Made by a program: the position numbers and the translations under genes | Shown: in pieces, positions 28,814 to 38,736 of the stretch | Layout of the letters: every line of letters starts with the position of its first letter | Position numbering within the stretch: the stretch's first letter is position 1 | The notes under the pieces: generated by a model | What the model was told of the DNA's origin: nothing | The model's database searches: none | What the model saw: the letters and a program-made list of their open reading frames with translations, nothing else | NCBI GenBank assembly: GCA_002378195.1 | Contig: DFRJ01000002.1 | Span: forward strand, 329,677 to 393,676 | DNA: 64,000 bases | Direction of reading: 5' to 3' | Source of the DNA: Patescibacteria group bacterium UBA3466 | GTDB lineage: Bacteria; Patescibacteriota; Minisyncoccia; Phycocordibacterales; UBA918

Positions 28814-29416
28814 TTAGTTTCTATTCCAGCCTCTATCTGGCAATTCCACTCCAGCTTCTTCTAAAATTGATCGTACCGTCTCTCTATCATTGGCTGCTCT
28901 TGCCACTCGCACCGCCTCTCGCTGCTCTTCGGTCAAATTCTCAATAATATCTGGTCTTTCCGGCTTGTGCTTACGCTCTATCCCTAAGTCATCAAAGATC
29001 TCTCGTGCCTCTTCGTGCTGCCCATCTTCTCTCAGTTCATGAGCTTCCCTAAATTTCTCAAAGTCAGCTTCAGAGGTAATAATATCGGCCAATGGACCGT
29101 CTTCTATCGCCTCTACAAAAGCTTCGTAGTCATTGTTCTCCACCGCTTCCCTTACCTCATTCTTAATCTCTCGCTTTGCGTCGCGAATAGACCGCATCAC
29201 TTCTTCATCAATACCAGCTTCGATTAGAATGTCTCTGGCTGAATCAGCATCTCCGTTTTTTCTTAGCTCATGCGCTTCTTCCAACGCAGCTATTTGATCC
29301 TCTGAAATATTGGCTCTTTGCAGAACCTTAGTCCCGCCATACGCATGCACTCCGGTCGTAGTGACCGCAAAGGCTGCTATGGCAATAAGTAATGATTTCG
29401 ATTGCATAAATTTCAA
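28814..29416 (-). CDS. Secreted helical charged protein with internal repeat
   Basis: Signal peptide (VHA); repeats EAHELRKNGDADSARDIL / EAHELREDGQHEEAREIF. Confidence 0.75.
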   Translation of the reverse strand: MKFMQSKSLLIAIAAFAVTTTGVHAYGGTKVLQRANISEDQIAALEEAHELRKNGDADSARDILIEAGIDEEVMRSIRDAKREIKNEVREAVENNDYEAFVEAIEDGPLADIITSEADFEKFREAHELREDGQHEEAREIFDDLGIERKHKPERPDIIENLTEEQREAVRVARAANDRETVRSILEEAGVELPDRGWNRN

Positions 29417-29497
29417 TAGTTAATTAATTTTTGCAAGTGCTTCCGTCGGCCGCTCTTGTCACTTGCCTTAATTATTACGAACAAACCTTTAGAGCAT

Positions 29498-29540
29498 TTC
29501 AAAAAGACGCAATTCCAAAATGGAATTGCGTCTTTTTGAA
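29498..29540. terminator. 20-bp perfect inverted repeat, terminator-like
   Basis: TTCAAAAAGACGCAATTCCA-AAA-TGGAATTGCGTCTTTTTGAA. Confidence 0.75.
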
Positions 29541-29567
29541 GATGTACGTCTCTTCCTTCAATCTATT

Positions 29568-30074
29568 TCAAATCGTATTAAAGTAATCCCAAACAGTAGC
29601 CAAACTTTGCCAAAGTTCACCATCACCATCGACCGCCGTGCCGCACGAATCTAAGAAATACGTCTCACCGGCTACGGTAATTTCATAAATTAGATCCAGT
29701 CCATCAACATCAGAATTACAACTTTCCGGATCAACCGGCTCAGATTCAATCGCCAGCGCTTCTGGTGTTAAATTAACTTTTAACTGCCTACTAATATTTA
29801 ACGGCAACACACCTTCACGAGTCAGTCGCTCACCATTGTCATCAGCACCATAAATAACACGATACTCACCATCATTATTAACATGAAAAGACGGACAAAC
29901 ATTCCGACACCCACCATACATGTCAGCAGTTACCGAAAACTCAGTCAAGGCGATACGATCATCAGCCACTCCGTTATTAACCAACGGCAAAAAACCAGTG
30001 GTATAGAAATATGCTCCGGTAAAAATCCCAGCGATTAAAGTAATAACTACACTCAGCCAATCCTGCTTATACAT
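29568..30074 (-). CDS. Membrane-anchored hypothetical protein with four Cys
   Basis: N-terminal TM helix; MYGGCRNVCP, ESCNSDVDG, LDSCGT. Confidence 0.75.
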   Translation of the reverse strand: MYKQDWLSVVITLIAGIFTGAYFYTTGFLPLVNNGVADDRIALTEFSVTADMYGGCRNVCPSFHVNNDGEYRVIYGADDNGERLTREGVLPLNISRQLKVNLTPEALAIESEPVDPESCNSDVDGLDLIYEITVAGETYFLDSCGTAVDGDGELWQSLATVWDYFNTI

Positions 30075-30148
30075 AATCCTAAGTATATCACCATAAATCT
30101 ACCATTTAATACAATTGGTTATGAGTACCAATATTCATGTACAAAAAA

Positions 30149-30180
30149 ATGGCTTCGCGCATATACATGCGCGAAGCCAT
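30149..30180 (-). terminator. 14-bp hairpin plus U-tract downstream of 30225..30818 (terminator and/or DGR cis hairpin)
   Basis: ATGGCTTCGCGCAT-ATAC-ATGCGCGAAGCCAT, followed by a T run on the minus strand. Confidence 0.65.
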
Positions 30181-30224
30181 GGGCAAAGGATTCAAGTGCA
30201 AGCACATAGAATCCAAAGTCTAGG

Positions 30225-30818
30225 TCACCTTGCACCAACCGCCGCGGGGCAGTCGTCGCGCCAGTCGTAGCCGAGCCAGTTAGCGTACCAGTGCCACCTG
30301 TCGCCGACCCAGAGGAGATAACGGACGTAGAGGCGGCCGTCCCGGTTGCGGTAGATCGTCCCCCAGAAGAAAACGGCTTTGCCTTTCCACTCCTCGGGAA
30401 TGAGATGCGGTTTGGCGATCAGGTAGTCGAGAACATTTGCGTTCAAGACAGGCTTGTTCGCCAACCCCTTGCGGAGCTTGTAGCCTTTAATCCTTTTGCC
30501 GTTCTTCTGGCCTTTGTCGCGGTGGAGCGCATTCTTCTGGGATTCTTTGTCCCATTTGAACGCACCGCGTACTCGATTTGGGAGTTGCCCGTCGTCGGAC
30601 AGAATCGACCAGCCGTCGGGAACGTGCGGCTTGGCGTCGCAGTCGATGATGTGCTCAGGGGTGATAATTTCGACATCGCCAAGCAGGACGCGACGGACGG
30701 TGGCGAGCATATCCCCTTGCGAGAGCTTCTTCACTTCAGCCGGAGTCCAGCCATTTCGCTCGAAAGCGTGATCGAGTTCCGCAGCTTGGCGCGTAGACAT
30801 GATGAACCTGTCAGTCAT
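30225..30818 (-). CDS. GC-rich hypothetical protein with C-terminal CLec-like, DGR variable-region-like segment
   Basis: C-terminus FFWGTIYRNRDGRLYVRYLLWVGDRWHWYANWLGYDWRDDCPAAV, encoded mostly by NNC codons between fixed TGG codons; SD GAGGA. Confidence 0.7.
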   Translation of the reverse strand: MTDRFIMSTRQAAELDHAFERNGWTPAEVKKLSQGDMLATVRRVLLGDVEIITPEHIIDCDAKPHVPDGWSILSDDGQLPNRVRGAFKWDKESQKNALHRDKGQKNGKRIKGYKLRKGLANKPVLNANVLDYLIAKPHLIPEEWKGKAVFFWGTIYRNRDGRLYVRYLLWVGDRWHWYANWLGYDWRDDCPAAVGAR

Positions 30819-31067
30819 GACGTGTTCCTCTTTGGTTGTGTGACGTGTTCGAAGACGAACGTGTCACTTGCCAGCGGGCCTAACCGAGTATTTAGGGTTT
30901 GCCGTAGCAGCCAAAGTCCAACTTTTAGACACTGACTGCCACGGCAGACGTAAGTTTAAAAGGATCATTCGATCTAAATTTTGCCACAATATATTAGCAT
31001 TGTAAAGACAAGCACCCTAAACCGTCTTACACCTAGAATCAGATTGGTGCACACAGAATCTCAATCA

Positions 31068-31181
31068 TGGTGCAAGGATGCGCCTCGCAAAGAAAGCGGA
31101 GAAGACAGGATTCGAACCTGCTCACGGTAAAATAATCTCCCAGATTATTTTACCCCACACACGCTTTCCCCTGCAGTGCGG
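31068..31181. repeat. 114-bp direct repeat copy A, containing the 3' half of a divergent tRNA-Ser-like sequence on the minus strand (31097..31169)
   Basis: Matches 31993..32106 with one mismatch; includes GGAAAGCGTG, a 13-bp hairpin, GCAGGTTCGAATCCTGT and CTTCTCCG. Confidence 0.9.
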
Positions 31182-31272
31182 GCGGTCTCGAGTTAGGACC
31201 GTGTGATACCAAGCCCTGCTTGACCGACTCAACGATATTTTGGATTTAAACCGATAGTGCCTCGAGCACTTA

Positions 31273-31836
31273 CTACAATGAAGCTTCAAACTCTTTTTTA
31301 AACACCGCTAATACATACTTTGAAATTGCGTAGATGCCTAAAATATGACTTTCAGTTTCATTGAAGGACCAACTTCTACAATGCAATAGAGTATCGTTAT
31401 AGTTTTTATCTGAATGGGCACCCTCCTTATTCGCAACCGATCTTATCAGTTCTCTTATGGTAATTTGTTCCTTGAAAAGGATTTGATCAACCCATTCATC
31501 CACCGACATTTCTTCCATTTCCTTTGAGAAGAGTAAAGTGAATATAGGTATTGTTTCATTTATTACCTCCAACCTGCCTGGCATCACATTCTGTAAACCA
31601 TTTAGTAACGATGGTGTGTTTTCAAGTATTTTTACAAAGTGGAGTTTATGTAACTTAAAATCTGGAATGATACGATTTATAAGTGGAGAAGGGTTCGTTT
31701 CACACAGTAACTTTCTTAGCTCAACTGCCATTGGTTGATATGTGAGAAAATTACCTGCTTCATAGGTTCCAATGTGAGTTTCGAGAAGTGTGAAACTATT
31801 TTTTAAATCCTGTTTGTTCTTTTCTGAAGCGCTCAT
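31273..31836 (-). CDS. AT-rich hypothetical cargo protein (AVELRKLL...ANKEGAHSD type)
   Basis: ORF lies between the 114-bp repeats; start MSASEK 6 nt after TATAAT. Confidence 0.75.
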   Translation of the reverse strand: MSASEKNKQDLKNSFTLLETHIGTYEAGNFLTYQPMAVELRKLLCETNPSPLINRIIPDFKLHKLHFVKILENTPSLLNGLQNVMPGRLEVINETIPIFTLLFSKEMEEMSVDEWVDQILFKEQITIRELIRSVANKEGAHSDKNYNDTLLHCRSWSFNETESHILGIYAISKYVLAVFKKEFEASL

Positions 31837-31893
31837 GCCGTCATTATAAACAAAACCAGCACGAAACATAGTGTCTCGTGCTAGCTCTAAACG

Positions 31894-31942
31894 GCGGAGA
31901 GTGAGGGATTCGAACCCTCGATACGATTTCTCGTATACATCC
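31894..31942 (-). repeat. 49-bp duplicate of the tRNA-Ser 3' half (att-like)
   Basis: Identical to 32103..32151; identity stops exactly at the anticodon loop/stem boundary. Confidence 0.9.
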
Positions 31943-31992
31943 GCCGACCTGATTTTTAAGGAGGCACGACTATAAAAATGGAAGTGCCCTAG

Positions 31993-32106
31993 TGGTGCAA
32001 GGATGCGCCTCGCAAAGAAAGCGGAGAAGACAGGATTCGAACCTGCTCACGGTAAAATAATCTCCCAGATTATTTTACCCCACACACGCTTTCCCTTGCA
32101 GTGCGG
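31993..32106. repeat. 114-bp direct repeat copy B, abutting the tRNA-Ser 3' end
   Basis: Matches 31068..31181. Confidence 0.9.
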
Positions 32107-32190
32107 AGAGTGAGGGATTCGAACCCTCGATACGATTTCTCGTATACATCCTTTCCAAGGATGCGCGATCGACCACTCTGCCAACTCTCC
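32104..32190 (-). tRNA. tRNA-Ser(GGA)
   Basis: GGAGAGT acceptor stem, TGGCAGAGTGG D arm, CATCC-TTGGAAA-GGATG anticodon arm, long variable arm, GAGGGTTCGAATCCCTC T arm, discriminator G; CCA not encoded. Confidence 0.95.
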
Positions 32191-32325
32191 GTGGTGGGCC
32201 AGATTATACATTTTTATTACTCGCGGCGTAAGGGCCGTAAACAGATCTCGACCTACCTTGGCCCCTAAATTCACTTCGTTCATATCGAGCGCTAGCACTC
32301 TCATTTGAGATTAGTGGCAAGTAAA

Positions 32326-33231
32326 TTAATTTTGTTTTCCATCCATTCCCCTTAGTTTTGCAATCCGGTCGGTGGCTGGCGGGTGAGTAGCGAACAAACC
32401 ATTAATTTTCTGCATTACTCCCCTGCTGCGCTCTTGAAATGGATCAGAAATAAACAAATGAGCAGTGGCATGTGAAGCTTTTTGCATCGGTCGGGCAGTG
32501 GCGCTAATTTTCTCCAGCGCTGACGCCAAACCTTCAGGATACCGAGTAAGCAACGCTCCAGTAGCATCTGCTAGATACTCACGCTTCCTAGAGATGGCTA
32601 GCTGTATCAGCTTGGCCGCAATCGGTGCCAGGATAATCCCTACAATACCAATCAATAAGAAAGCCGGATGTCGATCACGATTGTTGCCGCCACCGTAAAT
32701 CAACGTGCGCGAAAGCACATCAGCCACGATCGCTACAAAGCCAGCCAACACTACCGCCACGGTCATCACCAACATATCTCGATTGCCAACATGAGCCAGC
32801 TCGTGCGCCATCACCCCCTCGAGTTCGTTGCGATCCAAGAGCTCCAAGAGGCCGGTAGTAGCGGCTACCACGGCGTGTTCTGGGTCTCGCCCAGTCGCAA
32901 ACGCATTGGGCGCCGGATCATCGACAATGTACACCCTTGGCATCGGCAAGCCAGCAGTAATAGATAGATTTTCGACGATGTTATAAAGCTCTCTCGCCTC
33001 TTCTCTGGTCGCTGGCTTGGCGTTCGTCATCCGCAACACGATCTTATCTGAGTACCAATAGCTTCCGATACTGGTCACAAGCGCCATAATCGCACCAATG
33101 TACAAAATAGCTGGATTGCCCATATACCAAGACACCCCGTAACAAATAGCAATCACCATCACCGCAAAAAAACCCATCAACATGAAGGTTTTCATGACAT
33201 TATTCGATTGTTGGGTATATAAAGTCGACAT
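32326..33231 (-). CDS. htpX: Zinc metalloprotease HtpX (M48)
   Basis: PNAFATGRDP, GVMAHELAHV, ISRKREYLAD, FATHPP. Confidence 0.95.
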   Translation of the reverse strand: MSTLYTQQSNNVMKTFMLMGFFAVMVIAICYGVSWYMGNPAILYIGAIMALVTSIGSYWYSDKIVLRMTNAKPATREEARELYNIVENLSITAGLPMPRVYIVDDPAPNAFATGRDPEHAVVAATTGLLELLDRNELEGVMAHELAHVGNRDMLVMTVAVVLAGFVAIVADVLSRTLIYGGGNNRDRHPAFLLIGIVGIILAPIAAKLIQLAISRKREYLADATGALLTRYPEGLASALEKISATARPMQKASHATAHLFISDPFQERSRGVMQKINGLFATHPPATDRIAKLRGMDGKQN

Positions 33232-33234
33232 TGT

Positions 33235-33272
33235 TTGTTACGTAGCATGTTACGTAACATGCTACGTAACAA
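33235..33272. promoter_or_regulatory. 38-bp perfect palindrome made of three 12-bp units, 3 nt upstream of the htpX ATG
   Basis: TTGTTACGTAGCATGTTAC|GTAACATGCTACGTAACAA. Confidence 0.55.
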
Positions 33273-33293
33273 CACCACATTCGCCTCAAAGCA

Positions 33294-33683
33294 CTACAAA
33301 GGAATGCCCTGCACGCTTTCGTTAGAACGGTAGTCAACATCCGCCGACCAGTGCAGGTAGTAGCCATGTTTATAACCTCCCTTCTCTAACAAATTAGCCT
33401 TTCTGGCTTCAATTAGTTGTTCTTTTGGTATATCCAATTGCTTGATCAAGGTTTCTAGCACTACCATCAAGTCGCTGTATTCCTCCAAAAACTCCTCCTT
33501 GCTTCTGGACATTGCTAGAGACGCCGCCTCTTCCTGAATTTTCTTGAATAATTCCTGTTGCAGTTCTTGAACATCGGTGATATTCCGCACCTCACACTCT
33601 TGGTGCTTAGCCTCGATCTTGGCTGGAATATTATCGCGAATAAGCTTGTTGTAGTAGACTCGATTGATTTCAGACATAGTCAC
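33294..33683 (-). CDS. MazG-like nucleoside triphosphate pyrophosphohydrolase (COG4997-type)
   Basis: YNKLIRDNIP..LFKKIQEEA..LEEYSDL..RKANLLEKGGY. Confidence 0.8.
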   Translation of the reverse strand: MTMSEINRVYYNKLIRDNIPAKIEAKHQECEVRNITDVQELQQELFKKIQEEAASLAMSRSKEEFLEEYSDLMVVLETLIKQLDIPKEQLIEARKANLLEKGGYKHGYYLHWSADVDYRSNESVQGIPL

Positions 33684-34276
33684 TAGAATTGTACTTTTAC
33701 ATTCTCCCGTTCTTCTGAACCCTCTTCTAATTCGAAGAATTCCTTAGCTTTAAACTTGGAAAACATTGCTGCCACCATATTTGACGGGAAGGTTTCGAGC
33801 GCAATCGCTAGATCACGCACATTCGTGTTGTAGAAGCGTCGCGCAGCCTGAATCTTGTTTTCAGTGTCTGACAGTTCACGCTGTAGTTCGAGGAAGTTGG
33901 TATTGGCTTTCAAATCTGGATAGTTCTCAGCTACTGCCAATAGTCGGCTAAGTGCACCGCTCAAGGCTGACTCAGCGCCCGCCATAGCAGCGATTTGTTC
34001 TGGAGTCACATCACCGGCATCAATGTGGGTTGAAGTTGCTTGTGCTCGCGCCGCTGTTACCTGATCGAGCGTTTCTTTTTCGTGCGCAGCATAACCTTTA
34101 ACAGTCTCGATCAGATTTGGAATCAAGTCGTACCGACGCTTCAGCTGCACATCAATATCAGCCCAAGCTTCTTCAGCTCGCTTGATCAAGCGAACAAATT
34201 TGTTGTATGCCCCAATAACATAAAGAGCGATTACAACTAAAACAATAATGAAAATCCACAATGGGTTCATAAACAA
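33683..34276 (-). CDS. lemA: LemA family protein
   Basis: WADIDVQLKRRYDLIPNL, ENYPDLKAN, ENKIQAARRFYN. Confidence 0.95.
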   Translation of the reverse strand: MFMNPLWIFIIVLVVIALYVIGAYNKFVRLIKRAEEAWADIDVQLKRRYDLIPNLIETVKGYAAHEKETLDQVTAARAQATSTHIDAGDVTPEQIAAMAGAESALSGALSRLLAVAENYPDLKANTNFLELQRELSDTENKIQAARRFYNTNVRDLAIALETFPSNMVAAMFSKFKAKEFFELEEGSEERENVKVQF

Positions 34277-34343
34277 TGATTTATATTTTTACCCTTACAT
34301 TTTAACACAAAAAGCGCGGACCGTAGGTTCGCGCCTTTTGTTC

Positions 34344-36135
<1,792 letters not shown>

Positions 36136-36138
36136 TTA

Positions 36139-36456
36139 CTAGCTATTAAAGATTCCTAGAATACCTGCTTCAGAGACAATGAAGTATTTATTGTCATTAA
36201 ATTTCACCTCATCAAAACCGTATTTGGTAAATACAATCCGATCTCCTTCTTTCACTTCCATTGGAATACGCTTTTCTCCATCTTCATCCCACTTACCAGG
36301 ACCAGTAGCGATAACAATACCCTGCTCTGGCTTTTCTTCCTTGGCTGAGTCAGGAATGATAATTCCCGAAGCTGAAACTGTACCTAATTCTTCTTCAGTT
36401 AATGGTCGCACCACCACTCGGTCGCCTAATGGCTTGATTGGACTCTTTTCACTCAT
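36139..36456 (-). CDS. groS: Co-chaperonin GroES
   Basis: [24 protein letters not shown]. Confidence 0.98.
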   Translation of the reverse strand: MSEKSPIKPLGDRVVVRPLTEEELGTVSASGIIIPDSAKEEKPEQGIVIATGPGKWDEDGEKRIPMEVKEGDRIVFTKYGFDEVKFNDNKYFIVSEAGILGIFNS

Positions 36457-36631
36457 ATCTTTCTTTAATAAAGTATTAAGAACTAATTTTTAAATTTCTC
36501 TTCAAATATCAGGTTGCGACAACAAAATCAATCGTGCTCATGTCGCGCCGGTATTATACTGATCATAGAACGCTAATGCAATTACTACCAAGCCTTGCCT
36601 ATGCTGACCATTTCTGCTAATATCTGTCGGC

Positions 36632-36871
36632 ATGAATATTATCCAAACAGTGCTACCGGCACTGCCTTACATCCAGATAATTCTCTCCATCCTACTCGTT
36701 GCAGCAATCTTGCTTCAGCAGCGTGGTTCTAGTTTGGGAGGAGCCTTTGGAGGTGACAACTTTAGTTCATCATTCCACAAGCGCCGAGGCGCGGAACTAT
36801 TCCTATTCAAGTTTTCAATCGGTATTGCAATACTATTTGTATTCTCTACTCTCTTGAATATCTTTGCGTAA
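36632..36871 (+). CDS. secG: Preprotein translocase subunit SecG
   Basis: ILLQQRGSSLGGAFGG..RRGAE; two TM helices. Confidence 0.93.
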   Translation: MNIIQTVLPALPYIQIILSILLVAAILLQQRGSSLGGAFGGDNFSSSFHKRRGAELFLFKFSIGIAILFVFSTLLNIFA

Positions 36872-36955
36872 GCTTAAATTTTACCTTTTGCTGCAATTAA
36901 TAGTGATCTGGAAAGATTAACTTAGTACTTTAGTAACAATTAGCCTTATTAATCC

Positions 36956-38701
36956 ATGGCCATTCAACCTGAATCGTCACCTAGTCTGATAGACCGTTTT
37001 CTCCATATTATTGAGTCTGCTGCCGCCAGCGACCGCTTTCTACTGCGCTTAGCTTTATTTGTAGTCATTTTTTCTGGTATCTGGGTTCTATATTCTCTGA
37101 ATATTCAACACTCTGAAGATACGCCGACTTACGGGGGTGACGTGATTGAAGGTGTGCTCGGTACTCCACGTTATGTCAATCCGGTCTTAGCTATAACCCG
37201 GGCCGATCAAGACTTAGTAGCCCTGCTTTACAGCGGCCTGATGAAAATCGACTCTAAGGGCGATCTCGTGAACGAAATTGCCGACAGTATCACCATCTCT
37301 GACGACGGTCTCACCTACAACATCATTCTCCGAAACGACATCACCTTCCACGACGGCACACCACTGACCGCCAGAGACGTTGTCTATACCATTCAACTCC
37401 TTCAAGATCCGGAACTAAAAAGCCCCCAGAGAGGAAATTGGACAGACATTATCGTAGAGGAGATCGGCGAGTACGAGCTCAATATTGTACTCGAAGAAGC
37501 CTATGCTCCTTTTATTGAGAATCTCACCATCGGCATTATGCCCGCTCATGCTTGGAGCGACCTGTCAGTAGAAAAACTACCGTTTAGTCAGCTAAACACT
37601 GAACCGATTGGTTCAGGGCCATATCGACTAGAACGCGCTCTGCGAGACACTTCTGGTTTAGTGAGTCAATATACTCTGGCCGCTTTCCCCGAGCACACCA
37701 CTGCGCCCAAGATCAGTCAGATACAAGTGCTATTTTATGAAAACGAAGAAGATCTTCTATCCGCCTTGGCCGATAAGGAAATCGAAGCTACTGCCTATAT
37801 TCCGCAAGCTATCGTGAACGACAATATCCCAAGAGGATACACCTTAATAGAGGAAGCATTACCAAGAACTTTTGCGGTCTTTTTCAACCAAAACCGCTCA
37901 GCTGCTCTCCGTGACACGGCTGCTCGTGAAGCCTTGACAGCTGCCCTAGATCGAGACGAATTAATAGCAAAAGCTTTCTTTGGGCACGGTGTCCCCATCG
38001 AGACACCTACCGGAAAAGCCGGCTCTCAGTTAGAATCAAGTGACGACACCGAAGAAAGCGTCTCCACCTCTACTCCAACTGAATTAGCAATCGAAATTCT
38101 CGAAGAAGGCGGCTGGGAACAAAATGATTTAGGTGTGTGGGAGAAAGAAATTGGCGATGATACAGTTGCCCTTAGTATCACGCTGCGAACCAGCAACGCT
38201 CCATTGTTTGAATCCCTCTCAGGTTTGATTGCTCAGCAATGGGAAACGGTAGGGGTTCAAGTGACCACAGAACAATTTGAGCAATCTGGATTAATTGGAT
38301 CAGTAATTCGACCTCGTGACTTCCAAGCACTTTTATTTGGTCACGATCTCAGTCGATCCTACGATTTATATCCAATTTGGCACTCATCACAACAAAGTGA
38401 TCCGGGGCTGAATGTGGCCCAGTATGCCAACATCAGCGTGGATGAACTACTGGAAGAAGCTCGAGTTGAACGTGATGAGGATGTGCGCATGAGCGCTCTC
38501 ACTGAAGCCAGTCAGATAATTGCGGAGGAGAAGCCAGCTATTTTTATCGCTCAGCCGACTCTTACCTACATTATCAGTGACGACATAACCACGTCAGACA
38601 TCAACGAAATTAGCCGACCAGCCGATCGATTCAGCAATATAGCTGAGTGGCACACCGAAAGTGACTCGCTCTGGCCTATGTTCCGAAGAGACATTGAGTA
38701 A
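36956..38701 (+). CDS. Peptide/nickel ABC transporter substrate-binding protein (family 5), membrane-anchored
   Basis: LYSGLMK, LRNDITFHDGTPLTARDVVYT, PIGSGPY. Confidence 0.9.
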   Translation: MAIQPESSPSLIDRFLHIIESAAASDRFLLRLALFVVIFSGIWVLYSLNIQHSEDTPTYGGDVIEGVLGTPRYVNPVLAITRADQDLVALLYSGLMKIDSKGDLVNEIADSITISDDGLTYNIILRNDITFHDGTPLTARDVVYTIQLLQDPELKSPQRGNWTDIIVEEIGEYELNIVLEEAYAPFIENLTIGIMPAHAWSDLSVEKLPFSQLNTEPIGSGPYRLERALRDTSGLVSQYTLAAFPEHTTAPKISQIQVLFYENEEDLLSALADKEIEATAYIPQAIVNDNIPRGYTLIEEALPRTFAVFFNQNRSAALRDTAAREALTAALDRDELIAKAFFGHGVPIETPTGKAGSQLESSDDTEESVSTSTPTELAIEILEEGGWEQNDLGVWEKEIGDDTVALSITLRTSNAPLFESLSGLIAQQWETVGVQVTTEQFEQSGLIGSVIRPRDFQALLFGHDLSRSYDLYPIWHSSQQSDPGLNVAQYANISVDELLEEARVERDEDVRMSALTEASQIIAEEKPAIFIAQPTLTYIISDDITTSDINEISRPADRFSNIAEWHTESDSLWPMFRRDIE

Positions 38702-38736
38702 ACATTTACATATTGAAAGTTATTATTAAAAAATTT

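Noticed and set aside
30291-30935. 214-aa plus-strand ORF and other overlapping ORFs
   Set aside because: Antisense shadows of the GC-rich 30225..30818 gene, which has the SD, terminator and protein-like motifs.
32047-32304. 85-aa ORF across tRNA-Ser
   Set aside because: It overlaps the tRNA and the repeat; spurious.
36457-36631. CIRCE element expected upstream of groES
   Set aside because: No TTAGCACTC-N9-GAGTGCTAA was seen; only an unrelated half-site-like TAGCACTC near 32294.
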